DNA from: Eledone cirrhosa
Lineage: Eukaryota
Length of the DNA: 64,000 bases
Direction of reading: 5' to 3'
Assembly: GCA_964016885.1 (NCBI GenBank)
Contig: OZ024761.1
Coordinates: 23,932,001 to 23,996,000, forward strand
The notes beneath the pieces were generated by a model. The model worked only from the letters and a program-made list of their open reading frames with translations. It was not told the DNA's origin and did not search any database. Numbering within the stretch: position 1 is the stretch's first letter; the number at the start of each line of letters is the position of its first letter. Shown here one piece after another: positions 31,853-48,400 of the stretch. A program made the translations under genes and the position numbers.

Positions 31853-32139
31853 GAGTACACACTCTTATAGATTTTTGTCGATCAAGCAGTCTTAATTTTT
31901 ATGCGAGGGAATTGAAAAAACAAACCTTATTTTTTTGCCGCTCTCTTACTAATTCCATCTCCTCTGTACAGAGTGTAAGGTAAATTTTAAATAATTATTG
32001 AATTAATTATATGGAATTAGCTAATTATTTAATTAGTTCGGTAATGAAATGAAATGAAGCATTTTTTTTACCTCCCCTGCCATGAACCATATCTGTAGAT
32101 ACTAAATATCTAAATATACTGTGTTGGCCCTGTTTCGTT

Positions 32140-32236
<97 letters not shown>

Positions 32237-32445
32237 CTGTGTGTGTGTGTATGTATGTATATATGTGTGTGTGTATGTATATATATGTGAGTATATGTAT
32301 ATATATATATATATGTGTGTGTGTATATATGTGTGTGTGTGTGTGTATATATGTGGGTGTGTGTGTGTATATATATATATATGCATATATATATATGTGT
32401 ATATATATGTGTATATGTATATATGTGTGTGTATATGTATATATC

Positions 32446-32476
<31 letters not shown>

Positions 32477-32489
32477 GTATGCATGCATA

Positions 32490-32529
<40 letters not shown>

Positions 32530-32874
32530 CACACACACACACGCATACATATATAAGCCGATAAAAAAATGTATGCACACATACACATACAAGCAAGCGT
32601 ATATATAGATACATACATAATACATACATACATACACACGCAAAATTCCACCAAACATGCATGTGTATGTGTATGTTTCTTTGTATATGGGTGTAGACGA
32701 GTACTTGCATGTGCACAACAAACAGGTGCATGCACACATACACACATACACACATACACACACACACGCACATGCACACACACGTACGCACATACACACA
32801 CGCCTACATATTATACATTTTTAAGTATATACATTTGTACTGAAGTACCTGTACACGCACAAACAAACACACAG

Positions 32875-32964
<90 letters not shown>

Positions 32965-33008
32965 ACACACCCACACACACACACACAAACACACACACTC
33001 ACATACAC

Positions 33009-33046
<38 letters not shown>

Positions 33047-33071
33047 GCGTGTCAGTGTATACTTTTGTATG

Positions 33072-33135
<64 letters not shown>

Positions 33136-33503
33136 TATATCTATATATATATGTATATATTTATATATATACGTGTCATGTGTGTGTATGTGTGTCTTTT
33201 TTTTGGGAGCTCGTTTGTGAACCTCTTTCAATTCATATAGATTATAATGAACGCCACAACATCACGTTTAGTTTTATCGAACATTACTCGTCGTTGGCAG
33301 CAAGCGGCCATTTTTCTTTTCGCGATATTAACACCTTGTCTCAGATCTGGGTATATTATACGGTTTTGCAATCAAATTATTGGTGTTTGCCTTAATAAAG
33401 GTGCCAAAATTCTGTGGACCCAATACCTTGATGTCTATCAGGGTTATATAACAACAACAACAAGAACAACAACAACGACGACGATAACGATGACGTCGAT
33501 GGC

Positions 33504-34120
<617 letters not shown>

Positions 34121-34480
34121 CATTTTTCGTAGTTTTTGTTTGTTGGGAATTCTGTACAGTATAGATATGTTATCTACTTATCTTTTCCTATCCAGTTATG
34201 TCTTGTCTTGTGTTGTGCGGTGTAGTGTATCAAAGCAGCCCTTTGTTGTAAATACCTACACGGTGAGGCTACGAGAGAATGTGTTGTATGTATATGGCTT
34301 CTGTATCAGTTGGATTACTGTAGGTTACAACTTGCTACGGTCGAAGATATTTGCACCGTACGACAGGACTGAAACTGAAGCTACGTGGTTGCACAGCAAA
34401 CGACTTAACCGCACCACCTTGTTAGCACACACACACACACACACATATATACACGTGTAGGGATACATATGTAAATGTAA

Positions 34481-34533
<53 letters not shown>

Positions 34534-34692
34534 TTTGTGTGTGTGTGTGTAATACACATGGAACTACATATATGTAAATGTAAATATATTTAGCTACAAT
34601 AATGCGCATTCTTTCTCTCCCTCTTCTCTCTCTCTCTCAAACATTCTCTCTATCTATGTATCTGTCTGTCTATCTTTCTCTGTCTCCCCCCC

Positions 34693-34772
<80 letters not shown>

Positions 34773-35085
34773 GCAATGTGTATGATAAAATTCGCAAATA
34801 AATGGCACGAGAGACAGAGAGATAGATAGAGAGGGATAGAGAGCGCGACACAGAAAGGGAGATAAAGAGATAGAGAGGGCAAAGGAGAAAGATTGAGGGA
34901 GAGTGAGATAGTGGTGTGGTGTGTAGGTTTGAAATGCTTTGAATAAGGTTTAAATCTGGTCTAACAAAGATGGTCTCCTGGGACAACGAATCACAAAAAT
35001 GTATTTTAATTTTCAACAAAAGCAATTGAAATCTTCCCCGAATTGTTGCTCCGCTCTTTTCCTATATTATTTGTCAATAACATGT

Positions 35086-35158
<73 letters not shown>

Positions 35159-35255
35159 ATGTGTACATGTCTGTGTTTATGAGTGTGTATGTGTGACTGA
35201 GTGTGTGTGTTAATTTATATATATATGCGACACACACACATGTATGTATGTATGT

Positions 35256-35332
<77 letters not shown>

Positions 35333-35633
35333 CATGCATATATATATATATATATACATATATACATATATATATATATACATATATACATATATATATA
35401 TATACATACATGCATATATATATATATACATACATGCATATATATATATATAGTAATAATAATAATAAATTTGAAGACATACGCGTATAATATAGTTACA
35501 TAAATTTGTAACTTTTATAACAAAAACATATATATATATATATATATTTACATATATATGCATAAACTATGAGTTATATGGTTTAGCAAACAAGCACATC
35601 TATATTCTGAGATTCACACACACACACACACAT

Positions 35634-35706
<73 letters not shown>

Positions 35707-35842
35707 AGTATCTCTATATATATATATATTTATATATATTTATATATATACATTTATGCATATATATATGTACATATATATATAATATATGTAATACATA
35801 TATATATATATATATATATTTATTCATATATATATTTATTCA

Positions 35843-35900
<58 letters not shown>

Positions 35901-36911
35901 TACAATCTTTTGTTTATTAAACTATGCTTTGTAATGATTATTATTGCTATTGTCGTGTGTGTTATATATGTGTGTAAAGTGTGTATTGTGTGTGTGTGTA
36001 AAGTGTGTATTGTGTGTATTGTATAGTGTGTATTATGTGTATTGTATAGTCTGTATTGTGTATATTGTAAAGTGTGCATTGTTGAAGTATAACTGATGTG
36101 TTGACGTGCGCTAAATAACAACCGAATCTCTATATTTTGTACATTACAATCACGAAAGTCGACAACGTGAACCAATTTAAAATTTCGACAATATGAAAAA
36201 CAGCGCTGACTAGATTACACTTAAAGTTTATCAGCTACTTATGTAGAGAGAGAGAGGAGTGGGGGGTAGAGATAGAGAGAGGGGGTGGGGTGGATATAGA
36301 GATGGGGAGGGGGATATGGGGTGGTGGAAAGGGGGAGATATAGAGAGGGGAGTGGAGAGGTTGGTTAAAGATAGATAGGGGGAGTGGATCGGGGGAGGGG
36401 TGAGATAGAGAGGAGGTGGTGGTGGAGAGGGGAAGATAGAGAGGGGGAATATAGAGAGAGGGGAGATAGAGAGAGGGGCGGTGGAGAGGGGGGATAGAGA
36501 GAGACGGAGAGAGTGGAAGGAGAGGGAGGGAGAGCGAGGGACAGAGAGAGGGGAGAGGGAAGGAGAGTGGAGAGAGAGGGAGGGACAGAGAGAGAGAGAG
36601 GAGAGAGTGGAGAGAGAGGGGGAGGGGGACAGATAGAGTGGAGAGAGAGAGAGAGAGGGACAGAGAGAGTGGGAGAGGGGAAGGGGAGATAGAGACGGGC
36701 AGAGAGTGGAGAGAGAGAGAGAGAGTGGGGAGAGAGGGAGAGAAAGAGAGAGAGTGTGAGTGAGTGAGAGGGAGAGTGATGAGAGAGTGAGAGAGAGACC
36801 GATATATAGACAGAAAGATATATATATATGCACTATCTCTCTCCATATATATATATATATATATATATATGGAGAATATGGTGGCTGTGTAGTTAGTAGT
36901 AAGTTAGGCAC

Positions 36912-36954
<43 letters not shown>

Positions 36955-36956
36955 AG

Positions 36957-37130
36957 AAATAGCCATCGAAACGGCTTGAGCTCTGCCGTCGGGGTGAAAG
37001 CAGCGATTCTTTGCTTAAACTTTAATCTGTTATTTTAATAAATATTTGCTCTAGGGTTCTTATATATTTGATATATATTTATCCTTATCGAGCCCTCTTT
37101 GGATTTTAGTCTTCACATTTATTATTATTA
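36957..37130 (+). mobile_element. Chimeric family A / family B hammerhead element
   Basis: GAAACGGCTTGAGCTCTGCCGTCGGGGT is fused to GAAAGCAGCGATTCTTTGCTTAAAC..., which matches 54784-54920. Confidence 0.75.
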
Positions 37131-37666
37131 CTATATATATACTATATATAGATATATACACATACATATATTTTGTGTATATATTGTTGTTATTGTTGTC
37201 GTCGTTGTTGTTTAGCCATTGTCATCTTTGCTTATGAATTGGTCTCGGGTTGTTATCATTCGCTTGATCAGAGATCAGTGATCAAAGGTCAGACATCAGC
37301 AGTAATCAGTTTCCACGCCCCGCCCTTGGCCTCCAACTATAAACTCTGTTATATCCACCGGGGAGGGGATCCAGGAGAGAAATTCTTCTCCTTATCATTG
37401 CATTGTGACACAGGGTCCACAGTAAGGGCTATATCACTAATTCTACACCTTTTTCACGATTAGTCTATAATAACGACGTCAGGGCTGCAGGTCTCTATTT
37501 TATTCTCGGCCTCAATTGTGAGACCCCAAAGTACCTTCAGCCTTCAGACTGGAGTTCGATGGGTCCGTCAGATGTAAAAGGCCCAAGGCACACTTATGAC
37601 CCTACAGAACCCTTAAAACTTCGTCAGGGGTTAATGATCCATTCATCCCTCCATCGATACATAAAT

Positions 37667-37667
37667 A

Positions 37668-37721
<54 letters not shown>

Positions 37722-37732
37722 GTCTGTCTATA

Positions 37733-37781
<49 letters not shown>

Positions 37782-37798
37782 GTCTGTCTGTCTGTCTC

Positions 37799-37830
<32 letters not shown>

Positions 37831-37878
37831 TCTATCTGTCTGTCTGTCTATCTATCTCTCTGTCTGTCTATCTATCTC

Positions 37879-37935
<57 letters not shown>

Positions 37936-37936
37936 A

Positions 37937-37985
<49 letters not shown>

Positions 37986-38006
37986 GTCTGTCTGTCTGTC
38001 TCTCTG

Positions 38007-38061
<55 letters not shown>

Positions 38062-38126
38062 GTCTGTCTGTCTATCTATCTCTCTGTCTGTCTATCTATC
38101 TATATGTCTGTCTATATATCTATCTA
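37667..38126 (+). repeat. (TCTA)n/(TCTG)n compound microsatellite
   Basis: Directly visible. Confidence 0.95.
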
Positions 38127-38296
38127 TTCAGACCACAAATTCAGACCACAAATTAGTCACCTGCATAGTCAACCTTGATCGAATACATAGACAGGGACCC
38201 GGATACTGGAAGCTAAACATGTCGCTACCGGCGCGTAAGGCCTACAGTAAACGGATTAGCACCTTAGTTAAGAGCCAGTTGACGGGTGCCGTCGTC
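38127..38296 (+). mobile_element. Tx1/L1-clade LINE ORF2 fragment (end of APE domain)
   Basis: SDHKLVTCIVNLDRIHRQGPGYWKLN...QLTGAVV aligns to TDHKLVTCVVNLEKTHRQGPGYWKLN...RLTGAIV at ~63207-63362. Confidence 0.9.
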
Positions 38297-39408
38297 TCTC
38301 TCTTCCTTCCTCTCTCTGTCTCTCTCTCCCTTCCCCTCTCTACCTCTTTCTTCCTTCCTCTCTCTGCCTCTCTCTTCCTTCCTCTCTCTGTTTCTCTCTT
38401 CCTTCTTCTCTTTCAGTCCTACCTCTCCCCCTCCCACACTATTATTCCCATATGTTCAACTACACTTCCCCCTATTTCACATACACCTCTCTTTCCCTCT
38501 CCCTCTCCCTCTCGATCTCATTCCTTCCTCCCCTCTCCACCTTCCTCTATCACCTCTGCCCTCATCTTCCCCTCCCATTTCTATGCCCCCATCACATCCC
38601 TACCTTTCCTCCGCTCTCTCTCTTTTCCTTCTCTCTCCACCCTCACTCTCCACCGTATTCCCCCATGCCCCTCCCTCCCCCTCTTCTCCCTTCCCTCCCC
38701 ATTCACTTCCTCCACCATCTCCTCCCCTCTCCTCCCCTCTGCTATCTACACACCCACCCTATCTCCCCTTTACCTCCCCACCTCCCTCCACATATGTTTT
38801 TATATTTTCACCTCTACCCTCCTTCTCCACCTCCTTCTCGCCCTACACCTTCTGTTTTATTCTGTCTTGTTTCTTCTTCTTCTTCTTCTTCTTCTTCTTC
38901 TTCTTCTTCTTCTTCTTCTTCTTCTTCTTCACACAATCCTCCCCTTCTCTCACCTCTCCTCCTCTTTCTCCTCCTCCTCTATTATTTCACTATAGTTTTA
39001 TTGAATCATTAAAGCAGACGACAGGAGGTCGGCCATGTTTATTTTGTGTTTTCTCCACATGAATTGTCATTAATGGACATTAAGGCTTTCTCATTTCTGC
39101 TGTTTAAAAGGAAATAATTGTTTGAGGAAGGCTTCATAATTTCCCGCTTCTATTTAGTTACTCATTACCGTCAATTATTACCTTCTACCATGATGTCGAT
39201 GATGATGATGACGATGATGACGATGGTGATGATGATGACGATGATGATGGTGATGGTGATGATGGTGATGATGATGATGACGATGATGATGATGATGGTG
39301 ATGATGATGATGGTGATGACGATGGTGATGATGATGACGATGATGATGACGATGTTGATGGTGACGGCGACGACGATGATGATGATGATAATAACAACAA
39401 TCATAATG

Positions 39409-39446
<38 letters not shown>

Positions 39447-39447
39447 T

Positions 39448-39880
39448 ATAATTGTTTCTACTATTGGTACAGGGCCAGCAATTACCCCCACTACATTACT
39501 GGTACTTTGTTTTATTGATCCCGTAAGGATGAAAGGCAAAGTTAACCTCGGTGGGATTTGAACTCAGACTGTAAAGGGACGTAACTATGCTGGAAAACAT
39601 GGCGTCCAGCCCTCTACCGATACTGCCAATCCACCGCCCTTAACAATAATAATAATAATAATTGTTTCTTATATAGGCACAAGGCCAACAATTTTGGGGG
39701 AGGGGAAAGTCGATTAAAGCGATCCGAGTGTATTACTGGTACTTTATTTCATTGACCTCGTAAGGATGAAAGGCAAAGGTGACCTCGGCGGGATTTGAAC
39801 TCAGATCATAAAGGGCCATAACCCCGTGCTGCAAAGCATGGCGTCCGACCCTCTACCAATCACTGTCAATCCACTGCCCC
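39448..39880 (-). mobile_element. Two tandem tRNA-derived SINEs
   Basis: 39448-39640 and 39658-39880, same family as 33942-34120, with ATT/ATC tails. Confidence 0.85.
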
Positions 39881-40224
39881 AAATAATAATAATAATAATA
39901 ATAATAGTGATAACAATAACAACAACAATAGTAATAACAACAACAACAATAACAACAATAACAACAACAACAACAGTAACAACAGCAGCAACAATAACGG
40001 TGATAGTAATTATAATGATAATAATGGTAATGACGACAACAACAACAACAACAACAACAATACAATAATGATAATAGTAATAATGATGTATTATCATTAT
40101 AATGTTGCTATTGTTGTCATTGTTATCTCCCTTTATGTTATTTCCTCCATTATCATAATTGCTATTATCACCTACGTCATTGTCAAACGTTGACATCACC
40201 TTCCAACCCTACCATATCTTGACG

Positions 40225-40325
<101 letters not shown>

Positions 40326-40726
40326 CTTCTTCTTCTTCTTCTTCTTCTTCTTCTTCTTCTTCTTCTTCTTCTTCTTCCGCCTCTTCTTCTTCTTCTTCTT
40401 CTTCTTCTTCTTCTTCTTCTTCTTCTTCTTCTTCTTCTTCCGCCTCTTCTTCTTCTTCTTCTTCTTCTTCTTCTTCTTCTTCTTCTTCTTCTTCTTCTTC
40501 TTCTTCTTCTTCTTCTTTTTCTTCTTCTTCTTTCCACTTCTTCTCCTACTTCTTCTTCTCCTACTTCTCCTACTTCTTCTTCTTCCGCTTCTTCTTCTTC
40601 TTCTTCTTCTTCTTCTTCTTCTTCTTCTTCTTCTTCTTCTTCTTCTTCTATCCCGTCTCCCCCCCTCTCTCTCTATATATATAAGTATGTATGTATGTGT
40701 TTGCGTGTGCATACATATATATGTAT

Positions 40727-40890
40727 GTAAAAGGTAAACAGAAATAACAAGACAATCGGTACAGTATATGGAAGGTGTATATTAGGTTAACGCTTGATAT
40801 AGCAGGAAGAGGGTCTTAACGTTTCGGACGCTAGTCCTTCACCAGAAGAAAGAATGAGAAATAAAATAGATTGAGGGGACGGGCGGGATC
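40727..40890 (-). mobile_element. Family F hammerhead element (core mutated to CTGGTGA)
   Basis: Reverse complement of 47890-48052. Confidence 0.8.
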
Positions 40891-40917
40891 GAATTATATA
40901 TGTATATATGTATATAT

Positions 40918-40984
<67 letters not shown>

Positions 40985-41316
40985 TATATATATATTACAG
41001 CAATACAATAGAAGGGAATATATAAGTGCCACTGATGATGTTACAGTTGTGTGACAAAAGAACACTGAGAGACTATATTTATATCTATATTTTTAACTGC
41101 TGGTCAAACAATGATAAACATTGATTACCAGCTAAATTAAGTATATAAATAAAACATATACAGAAGCGAAAACTAACCCAAACCAATCAGTAAATGTCTT
41201 TTATTATATATTTCTGGCAATAATATAACAATATTTGTTTCACCATACGATTATATACCAAGAAGCTTGCAAAACATTAATCGCCGTTGTATATATATTA
41301 TATACATAATATATAC

Positions 41317-41368
<52 letters not shown>

Positions 41369-41528
41369 AATTGTCGATCGACTTTCGTCAAATCGGACCG
41401 AGGAAACAATGTTTCCGTTGGTCTTTCCAATTGCTAATACTATCTATCGGTTGCAACTCCAGGTAGAAGGAGCAACGTGAAATCAAGTGTCTTGCTCAAG
41501 GACACACACACACACACACGCACACACG

Positions 41529-41659
<131 letters not shown>

Positions 41660-42536
41660 AAAACCACTTCCCTGTGATAAGAATGGATTTTATTCTATAA
41701 AATTATCAACGTTCAAGGGTGACTCTATATTTTATAATTTCCGTTATACAGTCCGGCAACGTATATAGTCCGGCAACATTTTAACACCAATAACGATTAT
41801 ATCAGGATGATGGTGGTGATGATGTTGGTGATGGTGGTTGTGATGGTTGGGGTGGTAATGAGGGTGGTGGTAATGGTGATGGTGGTGATGGTAATGGCGG
41901 TGGTGATGGTGGTTGTTGATGACGGTGGTGGTGGTGGTGATGGTGGGGGTGGTGATGAGGGTGGTGGTAACGGTGAGGGTGATGATGGTGATGGTAATGG
42001 CGGTAGTGATGGTGGTTGTGATGACGGTGATGATGGTGGTGGCGATGGTGACGATGATGATGGTGGTGGTGATAGAAATGGTTATAAAGATGATTGATGA
42101 TGATGATGATGATAGTGGTTTATTCTGTCATTACCGTCCAATCTCTAAGGACCCGAAGACCAAACAAAAGGGGTCAATAGATCGTGGAATACTGTAGAAA
42201 CCCCCCCCCCCCATTCCCTAGGGATGGCTGAGGGCTCCGCAGTCTTTAATGATTTCTCAATCTCAAAAATGTTTTCTATATTCTATATATATATATATAT
42301 AAATATATATATATATGTATAGGTGTGTGTATGTGTGTGTGTGTGTGTGTGTATGTGTGAATGTATGTATATATATATATGTGTGGGTGTGTGGGTGTGT
42401 GTGTGTGTGTGTCTTATTCTGGTGGGAATAGGGAACGGCGTGGAGAGTGAATTGTGGTGGTGGTCGTGTTGGTTTTTAGTGCAGGTGGTGATGATGTTGT
42501 TGTTGGTGTTGATGATGGGTATAGTGCCGTTTCAGA

Positions 42537-42569
<33 letters not shown>

Positions 42570-42576
42570 CTCTCCG

Positions 42577-42619
<43 letters not shown>

Positions 42620-42649
42620 TATGTATCATCATCATCATCATCATCATCA

Positions 42650-42975
42650 TTTCATTTTACGTCTGCTTCTCCCTGCTTGCAAGGGTGGGACAGGAACTGA
42701 TGCTGGTTTGATTTCTACAGCTGGATGCCCTTCCTAACACCAACCTCATTTACAGTGTGGGCTGGGTGCTTTTTTGCCGTGGCGCCTCCACGACCACTTT
42801 GCAGTGGAATGATAGGGACCCCCAGTCCCTATCATCTCATTTCTACAGCTGAGTAAACTGGAGCAATGTGAAATAAAGTGTCTTGCTCAAGGAAACAACA
42901 CATCACCCGGTCTGAGAATTGAACTCACAACCTTTCGATTGCAAGGGCAATGCTCTAACCACTATGACATGTGCC
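42650..42975 (-). mobile_element. tRNA-headed SINE (second family) and adjacent repeat
   Basis: Minus strand has GGTTAGAGC...GAGTTCAATTC...TCCTTGAGCAAGACACTTTATTTCAC. Related to 41440-41502 and 44215-44400. Confidence 0.7.
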
Positions 42976-43188
42976 TCCATTTATATATATATATATCTGT
43001 GTATATATGTGTCTATGTGTGTGCAGTATGATTATCAAATTTTGCGAGAGGTTTTATTAAAACACATTCCTAAATTGTGCAGAAACAGACACATATATAA
43101 ATATACTACACTCTACTATATACACATATATTAGTGTATATATAGATATTAAACATGTATGTATATGTATATATATATATATATATAT

Positions 43189-43317
<129 letters not shown>

Positions 43318-43391
43318 TAGGTATGTAGGTATGTACGTATGTATGTATGCATGCAATTACAGTATGTATATGTATATATGTATGTATATGC

Positions 43392-43440
<49 letters not shown>

Positions 43441-43625
43441 TATATGTGTATATATATATATGTATTTATATATATACACACATATATATATGTGTGAACT
43501 GAACCATTATAACTATTAAATTAGCAGCTAAAACTATTTTCAATAAACATTAACAAACGCTATATATTGATATAAGCCTCCACAGTTCCTACACCCTACA
43601 TATACCCATATATACTTATATACAC

Positions 43626-43714
<89 letters not shown>

Positions 43715-43786
43715 ACAGTGTTTGTATGTATACTTACATGTATATCTACAAACGTACTTAAAACATACTTAAATATGTATGGATGC

Positions 43787-43875
<89 letters not shown>

Positions 43876-44069
43876 ATACATTATAAATATTAAATTAACC
43901 AACTAAATATTTTCATATAAACATTAATATATTGTATACACTTGTAAGTAATATGTTGAGAACGAAAATTAACTTCCGATCTCCTCAGGTATGTATGTAT
44001 GTATGTATGTATGTATGTATGTATGTATGTATGTATGTATGTATGTATGTATGTATGTATGTATGTATG

Positions 44070-44114
<45 letters not shown>

Positions 44115-44214
44115 ATGGATGTATGTATGTATATATGTATGTAGGTATATTTATATATATATGTATATATATGTATATATAAGTTTGGGTGTATATATTG
44201 TATATATTTGTGAG

Positions 44215-44400
44215 AAGGTGTGGGTTAGTGGCTACGGTATTCGTCTTTGGGTCGTGAGTTGGTGAGCTCGATTCCTGCAGGGCGTTGTGTCCTTCAGCAA
44301 GACACTTTATTTCACCTTACTCTACTACACTGAGCTGCCAGAAAGGAGCTGTACCTGTAATTCAAAAGGGTTTTACTCTCGTTCTGTGTTACCCTGGATC
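44215..44400 (+). mobile_element. tRNA-headed SINE
   Basis: TAGTGGCTA...GAGCTCGATTCC...GTGTCCTTCAGCAAGACACTTTATTTCAC. Confidence 0.7.
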
Positions 44401-44526
44401 GCCATTACTAAAGTCTGCTGGCTCAACGGGACAGTACTTATCCTGATTTCCTTGGCATGAAGTCACTGAGAGTACAACACCATCCCCCTGGACAGGACGC
44501 CAGTCCATCGCAAGTTTAATCACACA

Positions 44527-45190
44527 GGCTGACATACCAGGTCAACACAATAGCTGAGATATTACACAGTAGCTCAACACGGTGATTGAGATATTACACT
44601 CTAGTTCAACACACTATCTGACATATTACACACTAGCTAAACATACTATCTGACATATTACACAGTAGCTCAACACACTGGCTGACATACTACACACTAG
44701 TTCAACACAGTGGCTGACATACTACACACTAGCTCAACATGGTGGTTGAGATATTACACACTGGCTGACATATTACCCAGTAGCTCAACACACTGGCTGA
44801 CAAACTACACACTATCTCAACACACTGGCTGACATATTACACACTAGCTCAACACTCTGGCTGACATATTACACACTAGCTCAACACACTGGCTGACATA
44901 CTACACACTAGCTCAACGCACTGGCTGACATATTACACACTAGCTCAACGCACTGGCTGACATATTACACAGTAGCTCAACGCACTGGCTGACATATTAC
45001 ACACTAGCTCAACACACTAGCTGACATACTACACACTAGCTCAACGCACTGGCTGACATATTACACACTAGCTCAACACACTAGCTGACATACTACACAC
45101 TAGCTCAACGCACTGGCTGACATATTACACACTAGCTCAACACACTGGCTGACATATTACACACTAGCTCAACACACTAGCTGACACTAG
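44527..45190 (+). repeat. 32-bp minisatellite (CTGGCTGACATATTACACACTAGCTCAACACA), ~20 copies
   Basis: Period of 32 confirmed between 44825 and 44857. The 5' copies are more degenerate. Confidence 0.95.
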
Positions 45191-45215
45191 TGGAACACTC
45201 CTCATGGAAACCGGC

Positions 45216-45620
45216 CAGTACTACAGAGTGTGACAAATATATGAACCCTTACATATTTCTCAGGGAGATTCAGTACTACAGAGTGTGACAGATATATGAA
45301 CACTTACATATTTCTCAGGGAGATTCAGTACTACAGAGTGTGACAGATATATGAACACTTACATATTTCTCAGGGAGATTCAGTACTACAGAGTGTGACA
45401 GATATATGAACACTTACATATTTCTCAGGGAGATTCAGTACTACAGAGTGTGACAGATATATGAACCCTTACATATTTCTCAGGGAGATTCAGTACTACA
45501 GAGTGTGACATATATATGTACAATTACATATTTCTCAGGGAGATTCAGTACTACAGAGTGTGACAGATATATGAACCCTTACATATTTCTCAGGGATATT
45601 CAGTATGACATAGTGTGTGA
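45216..45620 (+). repeat. 55-bp minisatellite, 7 copies plus a degenerate end
   Basis: CAGTACTACAGAGTGTGACAGATATATGAACACTTACATATTTCTCAGGGAGATT at 45216, 45271, 45326 and onward. Confidence 0.95.
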
Positions 45621-45947
45621 CACGGCTGATCCTTTGAAATGTTGTTTGTGACGCTCAATACTCCCTTGATATATGAACCGTGGAACCCTAAATTAAACAG
45701 ATCCTGCCATATTGTATATTCTCATTCCCGCTAATGATGATATGCCAGGCCAAGGGCTGTAGACCTTTCTTACAGCTATTCCCACGAGATTTGAACTACG
45801 GACCCTAGATTAAGCAGACAGTTAACGGGAAACAAATTAAAAACGTCGTGCAAACAAAATATTCAACGACAAAAACCAATACCACTCAGACAACAAGACT
45901 GCCGTATATGTGTGTTTATTATATATATGTATAGGTATATATAAATG

Positions 45948-46040
<93 letters not shown>

Positions 46041-46151
46041 GTATATATATATTTATATAAATGTATATATATATATGTATATGTATATATATATTTATAT
46101 AAATGTATATATATATATATATGTATATGTATATATATATTTATATAAATG

Positions 46152-46182
<31 letters not shown>

Positions 46183-46233
46183 ATGTATCTATCTATCTAT
46201 ATATATATATATATATATATAGATATATATATG

Positions 46234-46295
<62 letters not shown>

Positions 46296-46303
46296 TGTAT
46301 GTG

Positions 46304-46356
<53 letters not shown>

Positions 46357-47010
46357 GTGTGTGTGTGTGTATACATATAATGTCAACCTATTTGTCTATC
46401 TCTTTAGAGACATACACACACACAACACACACACATATATACATATATATATATATAGCATGAACACTCTTACCACCACCATAACCACCATCTACAAATA
46501 CTGTCCCTTAACCCACCTCTACTCCCCCACCGCCACCATAACCCCCCCCATCACCACCCACGCCACTGCCGCCACCACCACCCACGCCACTTCAGCATCA
46601 CCACCATCAGCCCCCCCCCTCACCACCGCCACCACAGCATGTCCACCACCACCACCACCACCACCAAAACACCCGCCACGACAACATGTCCACCACCACC
46701 ACCACCACCACCACCTCCGCAACCACCATTACCGTCACCACCCACGCCACCACCGCCACCACAACATGTCCACCATAACTCAGTGTGTAATTAGATTAAC
46801 CAATGAAATATGAGCAGAACTTTTTAGAAATTAGAGCGAAATTAGCGACACCAACATCACAACAACAACAACTACAACAACAACTACAACAACAACTACA
46901 ACAACAACACAACAACACAAATAATACAACATCACAACAACAGTAACAACAATAGCAACAACAACCACAACATCAACAATAGCAACAACAACAATAACAA
47001 TAACAACGTC

Positions 47011-47084
<74 letters not shown>

Positions 47085-47226
47085 AACAACGCCACATCAA
47101 CAACAACAACAACAACAATAACAATAACAACGCCACATCAACAACAACAACAAAACAACAGTGCCATCAACAATAACAGCATCACATCAACAACAGTAAC
47201 AACAATATAAAAATAAATGTTAACAA

Positions 47227-47265
<39 letters not shown>

Positions 47266-47279
47266 TAGCACTACTACCG

Positions 47280-47475
47280 TCAAGGCCAGTAGATTGGCAG
47301 TACCGGTGGAACGTCAGACAGTATGCTTTGCAGCACAGAATTACGGCCCTTTACGTTCTGAGTTCAAATGCCGCCGTGGTTCACTTCACCTTTCATCTTT
47401 ACAGGGTCGATAAGTAAAGTACCAGTAATGTACTGGGCTAATTGTTCGACTTGTACCAAAAGTAGAAACAATTAT
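47280..47475 (+). mobile_element. tRNA-derived SINE
   Basis: TGGCAGTACCGG...GAGTTCAAATGCC...GTAGAAACAATTAT. Confidence 0.8.
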
Positions 47476-47929
47476 ACTGAAAACCATCACCACCATCATC
47501 ACCATCATCACCATCATCATCATCATCACCTTCATCACCACCATCACCACCACCATCAACATCACCATCAACATCATCACCATCATCACCATCATCATCA
47601 TCATCACCATCCTCATCACCTCCTCCATCATCATCATCACCATTACAATCATCATCATCACCATCGCCACGAGTCGACGAAGGCGCCCTTCTTTTGGCAC
47701 CAGTGAAGCTGCTAGAAATAGCAGCCATGTGATGCCCATCTGGTTACATCATTTTCCCTCCAACCTTCTTCCCCATAACAAGATCCCTCCGGAACCCTCT
47801 TCCAGTCCAGCCCCACATCGACTAGAGGGCAACGTGCCTGTTCCTGTTCATTAAGCCTTTACAAAATTACTAATTATTAAATTTATAGGCGTCCGCCCGT
47901 CTCCTCAATCTATTTTATTTCTCATTCTT

Positions 47930-47965
47930 TCTTCTGATGAAGGACTAGCGTCCGAAACGTTAAGA
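47930..47965 (+). ncRNA. Minimal type I hammerhead ribozyme (family F, element 47890-48052)
   Basis: TCTT-CTGATGA-A-GGAC-TAGC-GTCC-GAAA-CG-TT^AAGA, with palindromic AACGTT helix III. Confidence 0.85.
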
Positions 47966-48166
47966 CCCTCTTCCTGCTATATCAAGCGTTAACCTAATAT
48001 ATACCTTCCATATACTGTACCGATTGTGTTGTTATTTCTTCTTTACCTTTTACCCCCCCCCCCCCCCCACATATATATATATATATGTGTGTCTATATTT
48101 ATATATACATGTATGTATATATATATATATATATGTAGGTATCTATCTATTTACATATGAAAGCAA

Positions 48167-48286
<120 letters not shown>

Positions 48287-48332
48287 ATATATATGTATAT
48301 ATACTGTATATTTATACACACATATGCACCCT

Positions 48333-48400
<68 letters not shown>

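Noticed and set aside
37559-38995. 478-aa ORF
   Set aside because: Mostly TCTA and CT-rich repeats. Only ~55 codons are a LINE fragment.
44527-45620. CRISPR-like regular arrays (32-bp and 55-bp periods)
   Set aside because: The units are contiguous with no unique spacers, there are no cas genes, and the context is eukaryotic.
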